A stretch of 64,000 nt of DNA from Opitutaceae bacterium. Its GTDB lineage: Bacteria; Verrucomicrobiota; Verrucomicrobiia; Opitutales; Opitutaceae. Within the stretch, counting starts at the first letter, position 1, and the number at the start of each line of letters is the position of its first letter. Both the position numbers and the translations under genes were made by a program. Of this stretch, positions 8,148 to 15,932 are shown in pieces. Under the pieces are notes generated by a model that did no database searches, was not told the DNA's origin, and saw nothing but the letters and a program-made list of their open reading frames with translations. The stretch covers positions 44-64,043 of the forward strand of contig JACSRI010000092.1 of assembly GCA_014879845.1 (NCBI GenBank), given 5' to 3'.

Positions 8148-9490
8148 GTCCGCTGCCCGTCCGTGTGCGCGTGGCCTGGTGGTCGGCGATCGCGACCGGC
8201 ACGGCGCTGCTCGCGTTCGCCGCCGGCACCCTGGCCAATCTTGTCCACGAGCAGATCGAGGAGGTCGACCTCAAGCTCGTGGGCGCGGCGCGTCGGCTGA
8301 ACGCAGCCGACGCCGGGGAGCGGGAGGGCGAGGTCTCCCACGAGGCGCGCGAACTCGAGTACGAGCCATGGCTCGCCGCCGCGGTCTTCGCCGCCGACGG
8401 CCGCCTGCTCGTCGACTCGTCGCGCGTACCCGAATCGATCGCACGGGCGGCGCAGGGGCACACCCGGCCGACCACGCTGCACGCGCACGAAGGGGACTGG
8501 CGTGTTCTGTCCGTGTCCGAAAACGACCAGACCGTCGTCCTCGCCTTCGACCTCGAGGAGGTCAACGACATCGTCGCCGATCTTCTCACCGGCTACCTCA
8601 TCGCACTCCCGATCGCTGCAGGCATCGCCGCCCTCGGCGGCTGGATCGTGGCGGGCCGCGCGCTCCATCCCGTGCGGCTGGCGACGGAGGCGGCGGCCGG
8701 CATCACGCCGTCCCGGCTCGACCAACGCCTGCCCGTGCCGCCCGTGCGCGACGAGATCGCCGACCTCGCGCGGGTGATCAACTCCATGCTCGAGCGCATG
8801 GAGAGGAGTTTTCGCCAGGCGGAGCGCTTTGCGGCGGACGCCTCCCACGAGATTCGCACGCCGCTCACCATCATCAAGGGTGAGGTCGAGGCGGCGCTGC
8901 GGACGGCCGACCTCGCCAGCCCGATCCAAACGCACCTGCTCAGCGTGCAGGAGGAGATCGCACGCCTGCAGCGCGTGACCGAGCAGCTCCTGCTGCTCGC
9001 GCGCCTCGATGCCGGGGCGGCGCAACTCCGGCGCGAGCCGGTCGATCTCGCCCGGCTCGTGCGCGGCGCGTGCGAGGATGTCGAGCTGGTCGCGAGCCAG
9101 CAGGCGATCGCGGTCGACGCCTCGGCGGTGGACGAAGCGGAGGTCCTCGGTGACGAGGAACAGCTGCGCCGCGTCGTGCTCAACCTCCTGGACAACGCCT
9201 GCAAGTTCAACGAGCGCGGCGGACGCATCGTCTGCACGCTGCGGTGTGCGCGCGACACGGTCGACCTGCGCGTGGCCAACACCGGCGCGGGCATCCCGGC
9301 TGAGCTGCACCCGCATCTCTTCCAGCGCTTTTTCCGCGCCAATGCCGCGCGCTCGCGCGGCGGGCACGGCCTCGGCTTGAGCCTGAGCCGCGAGATCGTC
9401 CAGGCGCACGGCGGCTCGCTCGAGTTGATGGAGCCGGGCGGCTCGGGCCTGACGGAGTTTCGAGTCGTGCTCCCGGCCAAAGCAGGTTGA
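8144..9490 (+). CDS. Sensor histidine kinase (two TM helices, HAMP, HisKA, HATPase_c)
   Basis: 448 aa. Its start overlaps the regulator's stop by 4 nt. H-box FAADASHEIRTPLT, N-box LLDNACKFN, G-boxes NTGAGIP and GHGLGLSLSREIV. Confidence 0.9.
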   Translation: MSPLPVRVRVAWWSAIATGTALLAFAAGTLANLVHEQIEEVDLKLVGAARRLNAADAGEREGEVSHEARELEYEPWLAAAVFAADGRLLVDSSRVPESIARAAQGHTRPTTLHAHEGDWRVLSVSENDQTVVLAFDLEEVNDIVADLLTGYLIALPIAAGIAALGGWIVAGRALHPVRLATEAAAGITPSRLDQRLPVPPVRDEIADLARVINSMLERMERSFRQAERFAADASHEIRTPLTIIKGEVEAALRTADLASPIQTHLLSVQEEIARLQRVTEQLLLLARLDAGAAQLRREPVDLARLVRGACEDVELVASQQAIAVDASAVDEAEVLGDEEQLRRVVLNLLDNACKFNERGGRIVCTLRCARDTVDLRVANTGAGIPAELHPHLFQRFFRANAARSRGGHGLGLSLSREIVQAHGGSLELMEPGGSGLTEFRVVLPAKAG

Positions 9491-9499
9491 TCGGTTGGC

Positions 9500-10825
9500 T
9501 CAGCTCTTCGGAGGCGGCGTCGCCTCGTCGACGATGCACGCCGTCACCACGTCGGCGCCGACGTTGAGCGCGGTGCGCGCCATGTCGAGGATGCGATCGA
9601 TGCCGAGCACCAGCGCGATGCCCTCGGGCGGCACGTGGAACGTCGCGAGCAGGCCCATGATGAGCGGCAGCGAGCCACCCGGTATCCCCGCCACGGCGAC
9701 GGCGCTCAGCACCGCGAGCAGGAGCAGCGTGACCTGCTGGCCGAGCGAGAGGTCGACACCGAAGACCTGCGCGACGAACAGCACCACGCAGCCCTCGTAG
9801 AGCGCGGTGCCGCTCATGTTCATCGTGGCGCCGAGCGGCAGGACAAAACCCGCGGTGCTCGCGGACACGCCGAGTCTCTCGCGCGCCACCTGGATCGTGG
9901 TGGGGAGCGTCGCGCTGCTCGAACTCGTGGAGAATGCCGTCACCAGGACCACCCGCACTGCGGAGAAGAACTCGCCCAGCGGGCGCCGCGTGAACACCTT
10001 CAGCAGCACGCTCATCGTGCCGAACAGGTGCACGGCCATCACGGCCAGCACGCCGCCGGCGAAGAGCAGGAGCGATCCCAGGAAACTCGCACCGAACTTC
10101 ACGACGGCGCTGCACAGCAGCGCGGCCACGGCGAAGGGCGCGAGCTGCAGGGCCCAGTGCACGATGCGCACCATGAGCTCGTTGAGGGTCTCGAGGGCGC
10201 GCTGCATGCCCGCGCGGTGCGACTCGGCCAGCGTCGTGCCGGCGGCCCCGACGAGCAGGGCGAAGACGATGAGCGGCAGCACGTCGCCGATGCGGTTGAG
10301 ATCCTTGCCCACGACGGCGCCGAGGAGGTTGCGCGGCATGAACATCTCCACGGCCGTGGCGAAGGTGAAGCCGCGCTCGCGCTGTTCGTTCGAGGTCTGC
10401 TGCAGGCGCGCGGTGTCACCTGCGTGCTCGGCGATCATGCGGTCGCGGGTGTCGGCATCGATGCGCGCGCCGGGCTGGAGCGCGTTCATGAGGAGCAGGC
10501 CGAGCGCGACGCCGACGGCCATGTTGAGCCCGAAGAGCGCGAACGTGCGCACCGCGAGCGGGCCGAGCCGATCGAGTCGGCCGAGCTGGAGGACGCCGAG
10601 CGCGAGCGAACCAAACACCAACGGCACGACCACGAAGAAGAGCAGGCGCAGGAAGACCTGGCCGAACGGGTCGAAGATCTCGGTCATCGTCCAGTCCGCG
10701 CGTGGGCCCAGCGCGGGCCACCAGGCGATGGCCTGGCGGACGGCGAGTCCGAGCACCACGCCGATGACGAGGCCGATCATGATGCGCGTGGCGAGGCGAT
10801 CGCTGGAGTTGCGGTGCGTCGTCAT
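9500..10825 (-). CDS. Dicarboxylate/amino acid:cation symporter (DAACS/SDF family, GltP/DctA-like)
   Basis: 441 aa. Motifs: ...SSSATLPTTI..., PLGATMNMSGTALYEG, AGIPGGSLPLIMGLL, GIDRILDMARTALNVGADV. Confidence 0.9.
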   Translation of the reverse strand: MTTHRNSSDRLATRIMIGLVIGVVLGLAVRQAIAWWPALGPRADWTMTEIFDPFGQVFLRLLFFVVVPLVFGSLALGVLQLGRLDRLGPLAVRTFALFGLNMAVGVALGLLLMNALQPGARIDADTRDRMIAEHAGDTARLQQTSNEQRERGFTFATAVEMFMPRNLLGAVVGKDLNRIGDVLPLIVFALLVGAAGTTLAESHRAGMQRALETLNELMVRIVHWALQLAPFAVAALLCSAVVKFGASFLGSLLLFAGGVLAVMAVHLFGTMSVLLKVFTRRPLGEFFSAVRVVLVTAFSTSSSSATLPTTIQVARERLGVSASTAGFVLPLGATMNMSGTALYEGCVVLFVAQVFGVDLSLGQQVTLLLLAVLSAVAVAGIPGGSLPLIMGLLATFHVPPEGIALVLGIDRILDMARTALNVGADVVTACIVDEATPPPKS

Positions 10826-10906
10826 GCCGCGACGCTGATGGCCGTCGCCACCGCTGTCGAGCGGCCAGCCTGCACGAGGGTGGTGGTGCCGGAGCAGCGC
10901 GCCCGG

Positions 10907-11671
10907 TCAGGCTCCCGCCGGCCGGCGCAGCAGCCAGGCGTCCTGGTGGGGATTGCCGAGCGCGCCTTCGGCCACGAACTCCAGCACCTCCAGGGCCGCC
11001 GCGGGCGCGAGGCGGTCGCGCACATAAGCGGGCGGATGAAATGTCGCGCACCGGTTTTTCCCGGCGTCGTCACCCGACCACACGACCGTCTCGCCGCGCT
11101 GGAAGGTCGCGCGGTCGTCGCCGGCAAGTTTCTCCAGGTAGCGATCGCCGTGTGTGGTGATGATGATGAGCCCGCCCGGCCGCGTGATGCGACGCAGCTC
11201 CGCCAGCCATGCGTGCTGGAGCGGCTCGGTCAGGTGCGTGAAGACGGAAAACGCGTAGACGAGGTCGAACGCGCTGTCGGCGTGGCGCGTCGGTGGCGCG
11301 AGGTCGTTCTGGGAAAACTCGGCGACCGGGAGCGCGCGTCGGCACCAGTCGACGAGCGCGGGATTGTAGTCGGTGCCGTGCAACCGTGCGGCCGGCGCGA
11401 GCGCGGCCACGTGGCGGATGACCCGGCCGCAGCCGCAGCCGAAATCCAGGATGCGCGGAAAGTCCGCCGGCGTGTGGCCGCGCCGCGCGAGCAGTTCGAC
11501 GATGGCCCGCGCGCCGAGCTGGCCACCCTGCCAGAACCAGCCGGTGTCCTTCGTGCCGGCGACGGCGTGGATGAGCCGGAGCGGCGGAAAAGGCAGGCCG
11601 TCGGGTGCGAGGGCGGGGCGGGAGAGGAGGGCGCGCGCCCATTGCGTGAGGTTGCCTGCGAGACCGGCCAT
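10907..11671 (-). CDS. Class I SAM-dependent methyltransferase
   Basis: 254 aa. Motif I ILDFGCGCGRVIRH, followed by DLVYAFSVFTHL and RPGGLIIITTHG. Confidence 0.8.
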   Translation of the reverse strand: MAGLAGNLTQWARALLSRPALAPDGLPFPPLRLIHAVAGTKDTGWFWQGGQLGARAIVELLARRGHTPADFPRILDFGCGCGRVIRHVAALAPAARLHGTDYNPALVDWCRRALPVAEFSQNDLAPPTRHADSAFDLVYAFSVFTHLTEPLQHAWLAELRRITRPGGLIIITTHGDRYLEKLAGDDRATFQRGETVVWSGDDAGKNRCATFHPPAYVRDRLAPAAALEVLEFVAEGALGNPHQDAWLLRRPAGA

Positions 11672-11818
11672 GGATGGGAAAAGGGCGCTGAGGGTGCGGG
11701 CGCGGCGGTGACGAGGTCAACCGGAAGATGTCCGGCCCCGCGGTCGCCCGCGCGCACGGCGGGTTCGCTTTGGGTTGGGTTCTTTCGGGGCCAGCCGATA
11801 GTCCGAGGGAGTCCCTCC

Positions 11819-14800
11819 GTGTCCTTCCATCGTCGTCACCGTGTCCTCGTTGTGCGTGCGGCGTGCTTGTCCCGACAGGCGCGAAGGTGCGGCGCGCGCG
11901 GCCTGTTGCTCCTGGCATCATGTCTCGCGCTGATGGCGGGTGCTCGACCGGTGCGGGCGCAGTTGGCTGAACCGGCGGCCGGGGCGCCGGCGACGCCGGT
12001 GGTGCGATCGATCCGCGAGTTCATCGAACTCACGCCGGCCGATCGGCAACAACCCTGGTCCGTCGACCTCGAGTGCGACGTGCTCCATTTCGATCCGGTC
12101 TGGCGGTTGATGTGGATCCGTGACCACGCACAAGGCGCCTTCGTCGACCTGGGGCCGAATCCGCCGCCCCTGCGTGCGGGCCTGCGCGTACGCGTGCGCG
12201 GCCTGCTGCATCCGCCGAACGAACGGCTCTCGTTCGCCGACGTCGCCGTGGACGTGCTCGGTGAAGCGGCGCTACGTCCCGTGCCGCTGGTGGACTGGCA
12301 GGAGTTGAACCCGGCGCTGCTCAATCAACTCGTCGTCGCCGAGGGCGTGGTCGATCGTCAGACGCGCTCGATCGACGACGCGACGCACCTGCGCCTGTTC
12401 CTTTCGATCGAAGGTCGTCCGGTCGTGGCCTGGGTCTACGACCCGGCCATGACCGATCCACCCGACTTCAGCGGCGCGCTCGTGCGTGTGACCGGAATCT
12501 ACAATCCGCGGCTCGAGTCGGCCGCCCCGAAATCCCTCGAGCTCATGGTCCCGGGCATGAGCCGGGTGGAGGTGATCGGGCACCTCGATGTGGACCCGCG
12601 CTTTGACCGGCCGGCGGTGCCGATCGAGTCGCTGCGATCCGCGCCGCAGGGGCAGGTGGTGCGGATCATCGGCGAGGTGCATGGCCAGCAGGCCGGCCGC
12701 GTGCTGACCGTGCGCGACGGCACCGGGCAGGTCGACGTGCTCTCGGCCCAGACCACGGCGCTGGCGGCGCGCGGTCGCGTCGAGGCGATCGGTCACCCGC
12801 GTGCGGACGGCGCGACCCTGCAGCTGACGAGGGCGGTGTATCGCCCGATGGCGGCCGCGGTCGGCGAGGCTGCGACCTCGCCAACGCGCGAGAGGCGGCT
12901 CGCGGCCGAGGTGCTCGAACTCGCGCCCGATGCGGCCGCGCGCTCGCTGCCGGCGCGCATCACCGGCGTGGTCACCTGGTCGCATCCGGACTATCCCTAC
13001 ATCTATGTCCAGGACAACACCGGCGGACTCCGCGTGCAGCGCGGCGACGACCCGGGCAAGGTCCGCCCGCCGGGCCGCCAGGTGGAGGTGCGCGGAGTCA
13101 CCCTCATGGGCACCTTCGCCCCCGAGGTGCGCGCGGCGACCATCGTCAAGCTGGGCGAGTCGGTCGTGCCCGAGGCTCGTCCGGTCTCGCTGGAGCATGC
13201 GCTCTCCGGCGTCGAGGAATCCCAGTGGGTGATGATGCGCGCCTACGTGCGCGCGATCGAGCGGCGGCTCAACGAGCTGGGCCTGGAGGAACAGGTGCTG
13301 CGCCTGGCCACGGCCGCGGGCGATTTCGACGCGATCGTGCCGACGCAGGAGGACCTCGCCGGGCTGCTGCATGCGGTCGTCGCGCTGCGCGGCGTCTGCA
13401 CGGCGCGGACCGACGTCGCGGGCAAGCTCGCCGGCATCGAGCTGCGCGTGCCCGAGGCCGCGCATATCCAGGTCGAGGAGCCGGCGCCGGTCGATGTATT
13501 CGCGATCCCGGCACGAAGTCTCGAGAGCCTCGGCCGCTTCGGCACGACGCAGGCCTTCAACCGACGCGTGCGCGTGGAGGGCACGGTGGTGTATGCCGGT
13601 GTCGGCCGGTTCATCCTGCACGAGGGCGGCGTCTCGGTGGTCGCGCTCACCCGCGAGTCGGAGCTTCCGGAGCCGGGGCGGCGTGTGGAGGCCGTGGGCC
13701 TGCTGGGTCGGCAGGGTGCGCGGGTGGTGCTGCGCGAGACCGTGCACCGCGACATCGGGTTTGACTCGGGCCTGGTCCCCACGGAGCTGGGCGAGTTCGA
13801 CCCGGGCGACCCTGCGCGCGACGGCCAACTCGTGCGCCTCACGGGCACCGTGCTCGACTCGGCCTACGTGGGGCCCGCGCTCGTTCTCACCGTCCAGCGC
13901 GGCACGGCGGTTTTTTCCGCCAGCCTGGTGGGCACGGGACGCGATGTGCTCAAGGGGTCGGAGGTGCAGCTCACCGGCGTCTACGAGGCGCAGTTCGACG
14001 AGTACGGACAGTCCCGCGGGTTCTCCCTGCTCATGCGGCGCGGGGGCGACCTCGTGGTCGTGCGGCCGCCGTCGCCCTTCACGATGCATCGGGTCCTCGC
14101 GCTCATGGGATTGCTCGCGCTCGGAACGGCGGGCGTGGTGGGCTGGGGCGTCATGCTGCGCCGCCGCGTGGGCCAGCAGACCGCGCAGATCCGCGAGCAG
14201 CTCGAGCGCGAGGCGCACCTGCAGCGTGAACTCGAGCGTGCGCAGCGGCTCGAGTCTCTCGGCCTGCTCGCGGGCGGCATCGCCCATGATTTCAACAACC
14301 TGCTCACCGTGGTGATGGGCAACATCTCGCTCGCGCGCGGCGACGGCGGGCTGCAGGCGGAGACGCGCGAGACGCTGGGCGAGGCGGAACTCGCGATCGT
14401 GCGCGCGCGTGATCTCACCCAGCAGCTGCTCACCTTTTCCAAGGGCGGCGCACCAGTGCGCGCCGCGGTCGATCTCGCCGGCGTGGTGCGCGAGGTCGCG
14501 GAGTTTGTGCTGCACGGTTCGGCGGTGCGGCCGGAATTTCGTTTCGCAGCGGGGCTGTGGGTGGCCGATGTCGACAAGGGTCAGGTCGGCCAGGTGGTGC
14601 AGAACATCGTCATCAACGCCGCGCAGGCCATGCCCGGAGGGGGACGCATCGAGATCGAACTGGCCAACGACTCTGTCCCCGCGGGCGCGATGCCCGGGCT
14701 CGAGGGCGGACGCTACCTTCGGCTGGTCATCCGCGACCAGGGTCGCGGCATCAGTGCCGCCGACCTGCCGCGGATCTTCGATCCCTACTTCACGACCAAG

Positions 14801-15406
14801 GCGCAGGGCAGCGGCCTCGGGCTCGCCACCGTCTATTCGATCGTCAAGCGCCATGGCGGCGACATCACCGTCGAGTCCGAGATCGGCCGCGGCACGAGCT
14901 TCCGCGTCTGGCTCCCGGCGGCGGGGGACGCCGTCGCGGCTCCGTCGATACGGGCGCCGGACGCGCCCGCGCCGGCCCGCGCACCTCAGGCGCCGGATTC
15001 GGCCGCGGTTGCGCCGGGACTGACGCGCGTGCTGCTCATGGACGATGACGAGGCCATCCGCAGGGTCGCGCAGGCCATCCTGCGGCGCGCCGGCTACGAC
15101 GTCACCTCGGTGGGCGACGGCGCCGAGGCCGTGCGCGAGTATGCGGCGGCCCGGGCCGCGGGGCGCGGTTATGCGGTCGTCATCTTCGACCTGACCGTCC
15201 CGGGCGGCATGGGCGGCGTCCAGGCGCTGCAGCACGTGCGGCGTGATGATCCGGCGGTGCGCGCGATTGTCTCGAGCGGCTACTCCAACGATCCGTCGCT
15301 CGCCGACCACCGCGAGCTCGGTTTCGCCGCGATGGTGGCCAAACCCTACGAAGTGGCGACGTTGCTCGGGACCGTGCAGGCCGTGCTCGACGGCGGCAGC
15401 GGGTAG
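11819..15406 (+). CDS. Hybrid sensor histidine kinase with a large (~700 aa) periplasmic region, HisKA-HATPase and a C-terminal receiver
   Basis: Only the 3' part of the 1923-aa track ORF 9635-15406 is credible. Candidate starts are GTG 11819, GTG 11852 and ATG 11933, all just ahead of the signal/TM segment GLLLLASCLALMAGARPVRAQ. A second TM is VLALMGLLALGTAGVVGWGVML. H-box GIAHDFNNLL; GRGISAADLPRIFDPYFTTK; GSGLGLATVYSIV. Receiver: RVLLMDDDEAIRR...IFDLTVPGGMGG. Confidence 0.85.
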   Translation: MSFHRRHRVLVVRAACLSRQARRCGARGLLLLASCLALMAGARPVRAQLAEPAAGAPATPVVRSIREFIELTPADRQQPWSVDLECDVLHFDPVWRLMWIRDHAQGAFVDLGPNPPPLRAGLRVRVRGLLHPPNERLSFADVAVDVLGEAALRPVPLVDWQELNPALLNQLVVAEGVVDRQTRSIDDATHLRLFLSIEGRPVVAWVYDPAMTDPPDFSGALVRVTGIYNPRLESAAPKSLELMVPGMSRVEVIGHLDVDPRFDRPAVPIESLRSAPQGQVVRIIGEVHGQQAGRVLTVRDGTGQVDVLSAQTTALAARGRVEAIGHPRADGATLQLTRAVYRPMAAAVGEAATSPTRERRLAAEVLELAPDAAARSLPARITGVVTWSHPDYPYIYVQDNTGGLRVQRGDDPGKVRPPGRQVEVRGVTLMGTFAPEVRAATIVKLGESVVPEARPVSLEHALSGVEESQWVMMRAYVRAIERRLNELGLEEQVLRLATAAGDFDAIVPTQEDLAGLLHAVVALRGVCTARTDVAGKLAGIELRVPEAAHIQVEEPAPVDVFAIPARSLESLGRFGTTQAFNRRVRVEGTVVYAGVGRFILHEGGVSVVALTRESELPEPGRRVEAVGLLGRQGARVVLRETVHRDIGFDSGLVPTELGEFDPGDPARDGQLVRLTGTVLDSAYVGPALVLTVQRGTAVFSASLVGTGRDVLKGSEVQLTGVYEAQFDEYGQSRGFSLLMRRGGDLVVVRPPSPFTMHRVLALMGLLALGTAGVVGWGVMLRRRVGQQTAQIREQLEREAHLQRELERAQRLESLGLLAGGIAHDFNNLLTVVMGNISLARGDGGLQAETRETLGEAELAIVRARDLTQQLLTFSKGGAPVRAAVDLAGVVREVAEFVLHGSAVRPEFRFAAGLWVADVDKGQVGQVVQNIVINAAQAMPGGGRIEIELANDSVPAGAMPGLEGGRYLRLVIRDQGRGISAADLPRIFDPYFTTKAQGSGLGLATVYSIVKRHGGDITVESEIGRGTSFRVWLPAAGDAVAAPSIRAPDAPAPARAPQAPDSAAVAPGLTRVLLMDDDEAIRRVAQAILRRAGYDVTSVGDGAEAVREYAAARAAGRGYAVVIFDLTVPGGMGGVQALQHVRRDDPAVRAIVSSGYSNDPSLADHRELGFAAMVAKPYEVATLLGTVQAVLDGGSG

Positions 15407-15846
15407 GCCGGCGCGGCCGGTGGGACCTGCGCTGACCGGGCGCCGGAAAGGATCTCGTCGGTGATCGCGCCGAACACCCGCGTCCAGGCGGCGCGCGTGG
15501 CCGGGGTGAACGAGTCGCCGAGTTGACCGGCCAGGGTGCCGATCAGGGCGATGCCGGCGATGGCGTAGTGTTCATCGCGCACGTGGTAACCCGCATGGCG
15601 GGCGCCGAGCGCGCGCATCGTCGGGGCGAAGTCGTCGAAGCGCTCGAGGTTGGTCACGAGCACGCCGAGCGTGGAGACGAACTTGTGCCCAAGTTGGCGC
15701 ATATCGCCGTGGAAGAGCCGGCGCAGCGAGCGGTCGAGCTCGAACATCCGGCGGAAAAACGCCGCCGCGAGGGTCTCCGGCGCTGCCGAAGCCTGCTTGA
15801 ACGAGTCGCGCACGAGGGCGATGTCGCCATCGCTGAGTATGGGCAT
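15346..15846 (-). CDS. Single-domain globin
   Basis: 166 aa: MPILSDGDIALVRDSFKQ...AAFFRRMFELDRSLRRLF...FAPTMRALGARHAGYHVRDEHY. This fits the globin-fold pattern with a proximal His in RH. The last ~20 codons overlap the 3' end of the convergent kinase gene. Confidence 0.7.
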   Translation of the reverse strand: MPILSDGDIALVRDSFKQASAAPETLAAAFFRRMFELDRSLRRLFHGDMRQLGHKFVSTLGVLVTNLERFDDFAPTMRALGARHAGYHVRDEHYAIAGIALIGTLAGQLGDSFTPATRAAWTRVFGAITDEILSGARSAQVPPAAPAYPLPPSSTACTVPSNVATS

Positions 15847-15932
15847 GGTGCCATGATGCCAGAGTACCGCGGGCGGGCGTATGGGCCGGTTGGGTGTGGG
15901 CGACTCAGGGAAAGCGTGTAGGAGGCCCGGAC

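Noticed and set aside
12272-15310. A 1012-aa minus-strand ORF opposite the hybrid kinase.
   Set aside because: It has an antisense shadow composition (R/A/G/D/H-rich, no motifs). The plus frame carries unambiguous HisKA, HATPase and receiver motifs.
9635-15406. A 1923-aa plus-strand ORF, the largest in the track.
   Set aside because: Its first ~730 residues are antisense to the symporter and methyltransferase genes and are Arg/Gly/Glu/His-rich low complexity. Only the part from about 11819 (signal peptide onward) is a real hybrid kinase. This is a high-GC open-frame artefact.
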